Positions 14,070 through 25,204 of a stretch of 64,000 nucleotides of DNA are shown in pieces. Source of the DNA: the human T2T-CHM13v2.0 reference genome, Homo sapiens; NCBI RefSeq assembly GCF_009914755.1, contig NC_060932.1; one strand, 5' to 3'. A program made the translations under genes and the position numbers. Under the pieces are notes generated by a model. It ran no database searches. It worked only from the letters and a program-made list of their open reading frames with translations, and was not told the origin of the DNA. Each line of letters opens with the position of its first letter. Within the stretch, counting starts at the first letter, position 1.

Positions 14070-15397
14070 TATTATTTTTAACAGTTTTATTAAGATGTAA
14101 TTCAGAAACTATATAATTGAGCCATTCAAAGTATACAATTCAAAGGTATTTACTACATTAAAAAAGTTGTGCAGCTATTACCACAATCTAAATTTAGAAC
14201 ATTTTCATCATCTATAAAAGAAACCCAATAGTCCTTATGGTCACTCTCTATGCCCCTTATCTAATTCTAGAAAAATCCTAATCTACTCCTGTCTTTATAG
14301 AGCTATTTTAGACATTTTATATAAATGAAATCATATAATCATATAATATGCAGTACTTTGTGATTGGTTTCTTCCACTTAGCATAGTGTTTTCAAGGCTC
14401 ATCTGTACTATGTCATGTCTCAATACTTCATTCTTTTTTGTGGCTGAATACTATTCCATTTTAAGGTTGTAGTACATTTTGTTTATGCATTCATCAATTA
14501 GTAGACATTTGAGTTGTTTCCACTTTTTGGCTATTATGAATAATGCTGCTATGAACATTTGTGTACAAGTTTTGTGTGCTCATATGTTTTCATTTCTGGT
14601 AATTATCTACCTAGTAACAGATTGTTGGAGTATGTGACAATTCTATGTTCTTTTAATTTTTTTTATTTTTATGAATTTATAATAGTTGTACATATTTATG
14701 GGATGCATGTAATATTTTGATATGCTTACCATTTTGACAAAGTGCCAAAATATTTTTCCAAAGAGGCTGCACCATTTTACATTTCCACCAACAATATATG
14801 AGGAGTTGAGTTTCCTTCACCCTTGTCACACTTGTTATTATTTATATTTATCATTAAGGGAAGGCTAGTAGTTATAGAGTGGTATCTTATTGTGACTTCA
14901 ATTTGTATTTCTTTAATGATTAATGCTGTTGATAATCTCTTTCTTTGATAATTGACCATTGGTATATTTTCTTTGAAGATATGTCTATTCAAGTCCTTGG
15001 CAATATTAAAATTGGATTGTTTATCTTTTTATTATTAAATTGTAAGAATTCTTCATGTAATCTGGATACATGTCTCTTATTAGAGGTATGATATACAAAT
15101 GTTTTCTCTCATTCTGTGAGTTGCCTTTTTACTATCTTGATTACATAATTTGCAGGAAAAAGTTTTAAATTTTGATCAAGTTCCATTGATGTATTCTTTC
15201 CTTCACCACTTGTATCTTTAATGTCATATCTTAGAAATAATGGCCTAACCAAAATTCTTGAAGATGTTCCCGTACAGAAGTTGTATAGTTTTGCTTTTAC
15301 ATTTAAATCTTTGATCTATTTTGAGTTTTAGGTTTTTTATTGGTTTGTTTATACTGTGAGGTAGGAGTCCAACTTCATTTTTTTGCACATGGACATC
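14070..15397 (-). mobile_element. Old L1 (L1MB-like) 3' fragment with a nested ~70-bp L1MA tail at about 14650-14725
   Basis: Minus-strand ORF 14777-14992 (MNRHIFKENI...) resembles L1 ORF2; GCTATTATGAATAATGCTGCTATGAACATT hallmark; cut on the right by a THE1 LTR. Confidence 0.85.
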
Positions 15398-15769
15398 TAT
15401 ATTAGTCCATTCTCATGTTGCTAATAAAGACATACCTGAGACTGGGTAGTTTATAAAAGAAAGAGGTTTAATTGACCCACAGTTCAGCATGGCTGGGGAG
15501 GTCTCAGGAAACTTACAATCATGGTGGAAGAGGAAGCAAACTTGTCCTTCTTCACATGGTGGTAGGAAGGAGAAATGCAGAGCTAAAGGAGAAAAAGTCC
15601 CTTATAAAACCATCAGATCTTATGAGAACTCACTCACTATCATGAGAACAGCAGCATGGGGGTAATCACTTCCATGATTCAATTACCTCCCACTGCATCC
15701 CTCCCATGACATGTAAAGATTATAAAAACTACAATCCAAATAATATTTGGGTGGGGACAAACCATATCA
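15398..15769 (-). mobile_element. THE1D-like LTR (3' LTR of a truncated provirus)
   Basis: T(a)TATTAGTCC...AACCATATCA termini; followed by the reverse-complement polypurine tract TTCCACCCTGCCCCCCC. Confidence 0.9.
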
Positions 15770-16773
15770 TTCCACCCTGCCCCCCCAATCTCATTTCCTC
15801 ACATTTCAAAACACAATCATGCCTTCCCCACTGTCCCCCAAAGTCTCAACTCATTCCAGCATTAACCCAAACTTCCAAGTCCAAAGTCTCATCTGGAACA
15901 AGGGAAGTCCCTTCTGCCTATGAGCCTGTAATATCAAAACAAGTTAGTTACTTCCTAGTTACAATGTTGGTACAGGCATTGGGTAAATACACCCATTCCA
16001 AATGGGAGAAATTGGCCAAAACAAAAGGGCCACAGGCTGTTACTTCAGAGGGTGCAAGCTCCAAACCTTGGTGGCTTACACATGGTGTTGGGCCTATGAG
16101 TCTCCTCATATATTGTTGGTGGAAATGTAAAATGCAAAATCTAATAGGGCAGTCACTAAACATTAAAGCTCCAAAATGATCTCCTTTGACTCCATGTCTC
16201 ACACCCAGGTCATGCTGACACAATAGGTGGGCTCCTATGGCCTTGGGCAGATCCACCCCTGTGGCTTTGCAGGGTACAGCCCCACTGCTGGCTGCTTTCA
16301 CAGCTGGTGCTGAGTGTCTGTGGCTTTTTCAGACATATGGTGTAAGCTGTCAATGGATCTACAATTCTAGGGTAGATCCATAGAATTTTGCGTGGTCAGG
16401 CTACAAATTTCCCAAACTTTTATGCTATGCTTCCTCTTTGTCACTTAGAAATTTCTTCTGCCAAATACCATAAATCATCTCTCTCAAGTTCAAAGCTCCA
16501 CAGATCTCTGGCAGAGGCAAAATGCCACCAGTCTCTTTGCATGGTAACAGTGACCTTTACTCCAGTTCTCAACAAATTCCTCATCTCCATCTGAGAGTAC
16601 CTCAGCCTGGACTTTATTGTCCATATCACTATCAGCATTTTGGTCAAAGCCATTCAACATGTCTCTAGGAAGTTCCAAACTTTCCCACATTTTTCTGTCT
16701 TCTGAGCCCTGTAAGTCTCTAAAAAGTTCCAAAATTTCCCAAATTTTCTTGTCTTCTTCTGAGCCCTCCAAAC
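15770..16773 (-). mobile_element. THE1-int internal region, internally deleted and rearranged, lacking the 5' LTR
   Basis: Hallmarks AAGTCCAAAGTCTCATCTG, CCAAATGGGAGAAATTGGCCAAAAC, TGGACTTTATTGTCCATATCACTATCAGCATTTTGGTCAAAGCCATTCAAC. Confidence 0.88.
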
Positions 16774-16775
16774 GA

Positions 16776-17140
16776 GGGCCAATATTCAAATTCAGGAAAC
16801 ACAGAGAACACCACAAAGATGCTCATCAACAAGAGTAACCCCAAGACACATAATTGTCAGATTCACTAAGGTTGAAATGAAGGAAAAAATGTTAAAGGCA
16901 GCCAGAGAGAACGGTCAGATTACCCACAAAGGGAAGCCCATCAGACTAACAGCAGATCTCTCTGCAGAAACCCTACAAACCAGAAGAGAGTGGGGGCCAA
17001 TATTCAACATTCATAAAGAAAAGCATTTTCAACCCACAATTTCATATCCAGCCAAACTATGCTTCATAAGTGAAGGAGAAATAAAATTCTTTACAGCCAA
17101 GCAAATGCTGAGAGATTTTGTCACAACCAGGTCTGCCTTA
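16776..17140 (+). mobile_element. Isolated L1PA (older, about PA7-like) ORF1 internal fragment
   Basis: ORF 16877-17206 MKEKMLKAARENGQITHKGKPIRLTADLSAETLQ aligns by eye to the L1 at 55696-56060; no 3' UTR, poly(A) or TSD. Confidence 0.92.
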
Positions 17141-17201
17141 TACTTAAAGATTCTTTCACACACAAAGTACTTTTTGGATAAAAACAAGGAATTTGAAATG
17201 G

Positions 17202-17238
17202 TATAAAAGACCTGCATTTTATAAAAGACCTGCATTTT
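17202..17238. repeat. 18-bp tandem duplication
   Basis: TATAAAAGACCTGCATTT twice. Confidence 0.95.
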
Positions 17239-18542
17239 TAGTTCATTTATAATGTTCTATTTATTATTTTTAATTGATTGGAGTCCAACCAATAAGTTGA
17301 AATGCTATATATTGCCAATATATTGTTATTCACTTTCTTTTAACTTTAAATTGCTCTAATATTCTGACATTCTGATGCATTATTTTTGAATCCAATTCTT
17401 AAAATACTCTAGACTTTTCACTATTTTATGTGTTACTCAATTATTACTGATATTTATGTGGCATGTTTCCAATAAAAGCAAGAGGTGTATTATAGTAAAT
17501 ACTTATAGTAAACAATTCACTTTCATAGATATGAAACAATTTCAAAAAGAAACTACTAAAGAACCAAGACAAAACAAAACAAAACAAAATTACAAGTAAC
17601 TTACACAAACCTGAATTTGGGGAAGATAAATTGAATTAATTTGAAAATGTGTAGTTTGTAGTCTTTTAACTAAAAGTGGAGTTATTTCAAAACTTATTTT
17701 CTTCATTGTGTGTACTATTCAATTAACATAAAAAGGTAAGTTTAGAATGCATGGCTACAGACAAAGGAGTGTTTAACATGAGCTTAATTGAGAGCTTTCT
17801 TCCTCCCTTGAAATAAAGATTAAATTACAGTCTTATAGTCTAGGTTCACTTTAAAGAAATTTAAATTTTGACTTTTTTTGGTCTGAGTTTTGCTAAAAGA
17901 TGGAAATCACTATTTTTTAAATTGCTCTCTCTGATAACATTGCCCAGAACATTTGCTAAAGATAAACACAATGGAATCAATGCAGTAATATGATATTTCC
18001 TGATGGAATACTAAGCCTACCCATTGTGAGACACAAATCCCATAATCAATTGGCAGGGTTGTGAAGGTCTTTCTTACATGCTAGATTGATATGATAATCC
18101 ATACTATGTTTTGACATATTCTGAATATTACAACCTATGTTATTTTGCTTCTATGGCAAGTGATGGCTTTATACACTGGATTTTGAAGCACTAGGGAAAG
18201 AAATACATTGGCAGAATGCTTAGATTTTCATTTTTCCCTAAGATAGAAAAAGCAAGATACTGAACAACTAGCTATGATGATGTGACAAGAGATTATTTAA
18301 TCGTTCTTGGCATGCTTCTATGTAGCCAAGAAGTAACCTTAACTTGGCTAAAGCCTACACTGATTTAAAAACAAACTTAAATACAGAAATTTATCTTTGT
18401 TATTTTAATTAAATAATAGATTTTTTCAGTATAACTGCATGCAAGGCATATGCTCTGTTTCAGTACCAATGTGAAAAAAAATTGCAACTTTTAGTATACA
18501 AAAGGATTTTAGTTTTCCATAATTCTGTTTTAATGATACAAA

Positions 18543-18546
<4 letters not shown>

Positions 18547-18601
<55 letters not shown>
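18547..18601. repeat. (TA)27 microsatellite
   Basis: Uninterrupted TA run. Confidence 0.98.
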
Positions 18602-18604
<3 letters not shown>

Positions 18605-18704
18605 ATCTTGAGTTTCTCTATAAGGAAATTTAGTTAAGTATTTGCATGTTTTTGTTAAATTTTTTTAGTTTCTTAATTGGCTAGTGATTTCTATTGAAAT
18701 AAGT

Positions 18705-19037
18705 CAGGGGTTGGTAAACTATGCCCTGTGATTCAAAAGCATTCCATTTGTGTTTTCTTTTGTCTTGTGAGCTAATAATTATATTTATTTTCTTAAATTG
18801 CTAAAAAAATAATTTTTAGTTATAATAATACTCATGAAATTTATCTGAACTTCAAATGTTAGTGTCCATAAGTAAAGTTTTATTGGAAGATAGCCATGCC
18901 CATTCATTTACATATGGTCTGTGGCTGCTTTTGTTCTCTAATAGCAGAATTGAATCACTGGGGCAGAGACCATCTGGTCTACAAAGCTGAAAATAATTTA
19001 CTCTTTGGTCCTTTATAGAAAAAGTTGGCCAACCTCC
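18705..19037 (+). mobile_element. MER58B (hAT-Charlie MITE)
   Basis: TIRs CAGGGGTTGGTAAACT...AAGTTGGCCAACCTCC; TAAAGTTTTATTGGAA.A.AGCCATGCCCATTCATTTACATAT. Confidence 0.85.
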
Positions 19038-19606
19038 AAGACAGTTACCTCTATAAATCTTAGATGACTCCTAAAATGCATATACACACTCACACACAAT
19101 GTACCTGGGTCTGTACTCTGTGAAAATGTTTTCATTTCAAACACTTTGATTCATGGGAGCTATCATTTAATATTTTGAATATCCAAGTTTTAAAATTATT
19201 AGGAAAATAGTTCTCTATATTGGTAAGACTATGACAGTTTAAAAAAAAAACACTAAAAGCAACAGTTGTGCAAGTAAAAACCCCTTGGATTAAATACAGG
19301 TATACTTAAATCCTAGAGTAACACATAGAATGAACTGACATATGGAAAATCCATGTTCTTCTACATTCTGCACCATTGAGTTAAAACATTAATGTCACTA
19401 TTTTAGGACATTTGTTGTCTACATGGTTGATATCAGTATTAATGGTGGTATGCTGGATCATTACTGAAAAATGATGGAATCTAATGTAACTCTACAGAGT
19501 TAATTTAATTTTAATGATTTGCATTTTGTTGACTGGAATTCTATGTTATTTAACAGTCTAATGCCTAATTGACATAATAGCTCTGTGATATGAGAAGCAT
19601 ATCTGA

Positions 19607-19653
19607 CATTTTACACTCTGGTCTGCATTTTACACTCTGGTCTGCATTTTACA
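19607..19653. repeat. 19-bp tandem repeat, about 2.5 copies
   Basis: CATTTTACACTCTGGTCTG twice plus CATTTTACA. Confidence 0.95.
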
Positions 19654-19808
19654 GAGAAAGAGAGATCAACTGAAAAGAGTTTTCAAACTGCGCAGAGTTT
19701 TGGGGAGGGAGTAGCTTGTGGGAGACATATAAGGAAGAAGCCAATGGGTTTAGATCCTTGACCTTTGCTCCTTTTCAGCTAAAGCACTTTTGTTTTTGGT
19801 TTCTGATA

Positions 19809-20535
19809 CAATATTTCCCCCTTATCCACAGCGGATACTTTCCAAGATCCCTAGTGGATGTCTGAAACCATGGATAGTACTGAATCTGACTGCCGTCAAT
19901 CAGAACACCTTTCTGTTCATGTCTTCCACCCACAAAGTTAATGCCTTTTTTACTTTAAACTCTTATTACATACTATGGCTATAACTTTTGCGTTTTGAGG
20001 TGTGACAGCAAAACTAGCATAACTTTCTTTTTCCTTCTTCAAAATTTCATGGATAGAAGATTTGTTCTTAAGATAGATTTTAGCAACTTCAGCATACAGT
20101 TTTTTTTCTTTTCTTATTAAGTGAAGAACGTTCACCTTTTCACTTGAAAGCACTGTCCATCCTCTCTCTGGCATATCCATATTGCAAGCATCACTACTCT
20201 TGCACTTTTGGGTCATTATGAATAGTAAAGTAAGAGGGACTTGAACTCAAGCACTGAGAAATTGTCAGTCCATCTAACAACCCAGACAACTACTAAGTAA
20301 CTATCAGATGGAGAATGTCTACAGCGAGGATATGCTGGACAAAGGGAAGACTGATATCCTGAGTGAGACAGAGCAGGATACTGTGAGATTGCATCATACT
20401 ACTCAGAACGGCATCCAATTTAAAACTTATGAATTGTTTATTTCCGGAATTTTTCGTTTAGTATTTTCAGACCAGGGTTGACCATGAGTAACTGAAACCA
20501 CGGAAAGTGAAAACACAAATAAGTGTGTACTACTG
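19809..20535 (-). mobile_element. MER44C / Tigger7 deletion derivative with transposase N-terminal (CENP-B-type HTH) remnant
   Basis: TIR CA.TA.TCCCCCTTATCC preceded by TA; minus ORF 19950-20216 (EKVNVLHLIRKEKKLYAEVAKIYLKNKSSIHEILKKEKE). Confidence 0.85.
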
Positions 20536-20580
20536 GATTATAGATCCTACATGAAGATTTTTTATGGTTCTACTGCTAAA

Positions 20581-21210
20581 TGCAGTGATTTTGTACTGTG
20601 TCAGCTTAGCCTAACTACAACTACGTTTTCCAGAATTCCTTTTTCTGTATTGTTTCAGATTAGGGTTGGTCACAGGAAATTTTGTACTAGATGTGGTAGG
20701 TAAGTGAAGAGGTATCATTATGCTATGAAGTTCAGTATAGAGACCAGCTTTTACGTATTGTCACTAATCTGCCAGATTACTTTGTTTGCATAAGACAGCA
20801 ACTAGTCCTGTTGCTTCTTCAACTTCTCCATGTCCTGAGCCAGTAGCAATGCAACTCTACTATGGCGAAGGGTGCTAGTTTTTTCTGAAAGTTGCCTTTC
20901 TCATCACAGGTAGAGGGGGTACAGAACAGAGGTAAGTTCCAATTTGATCTCCTGGGTTTCTGTTGTATTTGAGAGTTCTGTTTTGTCCATGTTTTCCCTG
21001 CTTCATGTTAAGCATTTCTTTCCAGATGTTGACGCTGGCTCTGTTGACCTACAGCAACTTCAATCTCACTACTGACTATAGATGCAACAGCCTTCCATAG
21101 ATATCTTCACAGCTCCCACCATTGTATATGGTATGATACATAAAATAAGTTCCTTATTCTATATCACTCAAAGACCCTCTGCTTCTCTGATGGAACCATA
21201 GAAGATATAC
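20581..21210 (+). mobile_element. Old ERVL-class solo LTR (LTR41-like)
   Basis: Start TG.....TTTTGTACTGTGTCAGCTTAGC...CCAGAATTCC; end TCTGCTTCTCTGATGGAACC...GATATAC; subfamily uncertain. Confidence 0.6.
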
Positions 21211-21319
21211 TAAATGTGATTGAAAGCTACTCATTATTCATACACATTGTTTTATAAGCGAGGAAATTGCAATACAGAAAAAATAGTAGTAGTAGTAGTG
21301 GTAGTAGTAGTAGCTGTAA

Positions 21320-21540
21320 AAACGTACTGAGTGCTTATTCAGTAATACTTTAAACATGTAACGTTACCTAATCCTCACTCTAACCCTATGAGTTCATGTT
21401 ACTGTCTTCTCCATCTTAAAGGAGAGGAAAAGACTGAAGCAGAGAGGATGTAAGTTTAAGGCCTGAGGTTACAGTTATTTAAATAGTGGAGTTGGAATTT
21501 ACATCAAAGTAGTTTGACTCCACTCCAAGCTCTTAATCAT
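21320..21540 (-). mobile_element. MIR SINE, preceded by (TAG)n at 21284-21313
   Basis: TACTGAGTGCTTA...AATCCTCAC..TAACCCTATGAG...ACTGAAGCAGAGAGG. Confidence 0.7.
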
Positions 21541-21853
21541 AGCTTATGAATGAGTTTTTGTAGAGATATAATAGTAATAATTTTAAAAACACACTATTTT
21601 TCTACGTTTCCATTTTTCCAGACAATTGCTTAAACAATTCACAAATATTTATTAACTACTATATGGTTTGTTATAGGCAAGCATGACAAGAATAGTTCCT
21701 GCCCAGATGGAGAAACCATGTGTTTTGCTATACCTGCATTTGTGAAATGAGAACTGTGCTCCTATTTTAGGCTATATCTATCGCTCTTGCTGTCTATCTC
21801 TATATGTAGCTATATTCCATTGCATTTAAAACATAAAATATTAGAGGTGATTT

Positions 21854-22558
21854 TGTTAGTGTAGGTAGCTAGACAGACACAAGCAGGGCGGGAGAGGCTC
21901 CTCGCCCAGACCAGGAATGCCAGGAGACCATCAGATGATGGAGAGGCACTTGTTAAACTGCCCCTCAAAAATGATAATTGGCCACAGCCAGCACTGAGAA
22001 AAGACAGTCTTCCAGTAGATACAAAACTGAAGCTGGTGATCAGCAGCTTCCTCAGGAGATCTCAGGAGCTGGGTGAGTGAGCTCAAGTATTTGCAGTAAG
22101 AGTCAAAATGGAGGAGTTCAACCAATATATGACCTTCCTCTGGGAATGCTTGACTGATAAGGGAAAAATGCCTCAAGTGAGCATGCACACAACTACAGTA
22201 AACACACTGCACATGTGGCCCCTCCCAAGTACTGCACATGCAGACAGCCTACCTCAAGGGGAAAATCAAGGGGGGAGAAACACAAACCTTGGAACCATGT
22301 CAATGCATAAAACCCTAAGTCAAGGGCTGTATTGGGCACTTTGATTTTTCAAGTTGCTGCTTGGCCTTCTTCCAAGTGTGCTTTACTTCCTTTTGTTCCT
22401 ACTCTAAAACTTTTTAATGAACTCTCACTCCTGCTTTAAAACTTGCCTTAGTCTCTCCCTCTGCCTTAAATCTACTTCTGTCCTTCAGCTGAATTCTTTA
22501 CACTGAGGAGGCAAGGATCAAGTTGCTGCAGACCCGTATAGATTTGCCACTGGTAACA
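21854..22558 (+). mobile_element. MER50 (ERV1-class) solo LTR
   Basis: TGTTAG.GTAGGTAG.TAG.CAGACA...CTGGTGATCAGCAGCTTCC...TGGTAACA; TG...CA ends; 4-bp TSD ATTT at 21850-21853 and 22559-22562. Confidence 0.88.
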
Positions 22559-23915
22559 ATTTGAAGAAAAACATAGGCATTTCGATCAAATGTATGCAAT
22601 GGCAAAGAATAACAAAAATTGTGTAGTTTCCAAAATATTTAAATTTGTATTTTTAAAAAACATAATAATGTGACATGAAAATTATGCCACATGTAATTTC
22701 TGAAGAAAATTATATAGGTTTATTTTTAAATTCACAAATGAATAGACAAGTTAAATATGTACTGAGGTTGCCTGTATGTTATCATGAATAAGCTACAGCA
22801 AGAAAACCTCTTTAGACATTTATGCCATTTGGAGAACCCTATTAGTGGTCACTGTGAAGATTCTTGATACCCCATGTAATGACTATAAACTAGGATCTAC
22901 AGTAACTCTGGATCTAGCATGAGATTTCTGTTATCCAAGAATTGTCTTTCCAGAAACCTCAAGTTTCTATAACAAGTTCCAGCCTTTAGGTAGTCTTTTA
23001 AAATGTGCTTTTGTTTGCTTGTGAGGAAGATACCCTAAATAACAAAACCTGGTTGTGCCTATCATTACTCAGGTTGCTAGGACAAAGGGGGCTTTCTTTT
23101 GAAAGGCAAGTGTGGCCAGTAAACCATATGCCTCCATGCATTAATTGGGCAGCTTGTGGGAGAAGTGAGAGGAGATGAGGAGACAAGAAGAGAGTAGTCT
23201 AGACAAAGTAAAAAGGCAGCATAATCAGATTCCCCACAGAGGTGACTGCAATTAGATGAGGCTGCAGGAGGGTTGAGTGGCAAACATTGGCTCAGAGGAG
23301 GAATCAGAATGGGAGAACTGTGGGGGAGGGCCATGAGCACTTGTGCGTGACCAGCCTTGAAATGCATAGGACACCATGAAGTCTTAACTCTGTGTCTTGT
23401 TGGATCCAGGAACCTCCATTCCCCCTGCTTTCTGCTTCCTTTTGCGTAGCATGTCATCCTCCTCCTGTTGCCTGACTCTCTCTTTCCCTTGACGGGTGTG
23501 GTGACTTGTCTATAGAATTTGTGACAAGGACTCTGTAACATTGTTTCTTCTGCTCCTTTTTCTCAATGGGGATATGCTGGCTATTTAGAGCATGTGTTCT
23601 GGTTGACTGCCAGCAGTGGGACAGGTAGAGAGAAGAAGGATTTGCCCGTTTTGTGGAAGTCCGGAGGTTGGACAACATTGCCTATGACTTGAGGGTAAAT
23701 CTCTCTGATTCTGGGGCCTACCATTAGAAAGTCCACTGTTCCTTGCTCAAGTGCCATCATGTCAGGCTGTCCCAGAACTTGGATAGTGGCATACCCTGTT
23801 TTCTTACTGGGAGACCAAGAGATATTTGGGAGTACTGAGAAGGAGGAGATGTGGCTATTTCTGGGTAATCCCTTCACTTGTACCTCACATGGTGTAAAGG
23901 CTGCCCAATCTATTA

Positions 23916-25204
23916 TATGAGGAATCTTTAAAATATTCATGGAAAGTGCTTATTATAAAAAGAAAATGCATGGATTTCACATTTTTTCCACCAAAATAAA
24001 CTCATACTAACTTGTTATAACATGTTTGAACAGGATCTAGTGTGAGGCTCTAAGAAGGCTAAGACATCTGTTTAAAAAGAACTCCTGTCAGAGCAATTTG
24101 AATTTTGCTAAAATTCAAACAAGAGCAAACATCAAATTTAGGATGAAGCTTGGGTGGAAGAATGGTGAAATTACTGATGCTTTATGAAATGTTTATGGGG
24201 GCAATACCCCAAAGAAATCAGCATTTACAAATTGATAATGCATTTTAAGAAAGAACAAGACAATATTAAGGAAGAAGCCTGCAGCAGCAAACCATTTGCA
24301 TCAATTTGTCAGGAAAAACTTCATCTTGTTCATGCCCTAATTGAAGACAACTGATGATAAACATCAGAAATGATTACCAACACCATCGACATTTCAGTTG
24401 GTTTAGCTTACACAATTCTGACTGAAAAATTAAAGTTGAACAAATTTTCCACATCATGGGTGCCAAACTGTTATGCCCAGATCAGCTGCAGACAAGAGTA
24501 GAGCTTTCAATGGAATTTGAAACAAGTGGGATCAAGATCCTGAAGCATTATTTCAAAGAATTGTAACAGGAGATGGAACATGGCTTAATAAAGCATAATC
24601 AAAGCAATGGCTACCAAGAGGTGGAAGTGGGCCAGTCAAAGCAAAAGCAGACTGGTCAAGAGCAAAGGTCATGGCAACAGTTTTTTTGGGGATGCTCAAG
24701 GCATTCTGTTTGTTGACTTAATGAAGGGCCAAAGAACAATAACATTTGCTCATTATGAGAGTGTTCTGAGAAAGTTAACCAACACTTTAGAATAAAAATG
24801 CCCAAGAAAGCTTTACCAGAGGGTCCTCCTTCACCACGACAATGCTCCTGCTCATTCCTCCTCATCATACATGGGCAATTTTGTGAGAGTTTCAATGTGA
24901 AATTAATTATTAGACATTCACCTTATGGTCCTAATTTGGTTCCTTCTGACTTTTTTGTTTCCTAATCTTAAAAAAAATCTTTAGAGGGCACTCATTTTTT
25001 CCCATCAATCATGTAAAAAAGACTGCATTGGCATGGTTAAATTCCTAAGACCCTTAGTTTTCAAGGGCTGGACTAAATGACTGATATCCTTGCTTACAAA
25101 AGTGTCTTAAACTTGGTGGAGCTTGTGTTGAGTAATAAAGTGTATAGTTTTTACTTTTATCTTTTAATTTCATTTTTCCATGAAATTCTTGAAGTGCCCT
25201 TTTA
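23916..25204 (+). mobile_element. HSMAR2 mariner transposon, near full length, dead transposase
   Basis: Degenerate TIRs (GAGGAATCTTTAAAATATTCATGGAAA / TTTCCATGAAATTCTTGAAGTGCCCT) flanked by TA; D,D34D motif remnants TGD.TW (about 24567), HHDNA (about 24832), PY.P.L.PSD (about 24920); stops and frameshifts. Confidence 0.92.

Noticed and set aside
16660-16773. About 50-bp imperfect tandem duplication (AAGTTCCAAA.TTTCCCA.ATTTT...TCTGAGCCCT)
   Set aside because: I recall this duplication as a common feature of THE1-int copies, so it is probably inherited rather than locus-specific.
15706-16816. Cluster of 100-157 aa ORFs
   Set aside because: All fall within THE1 LTR or internal sequence and cross rearrangement junctions; not host genes.
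19607-19653. Short direct repeats as a CRISPR-like array
   Set aside because: Adjacent copies without spacers in mammalian DNA; ordinary slippage duplication.
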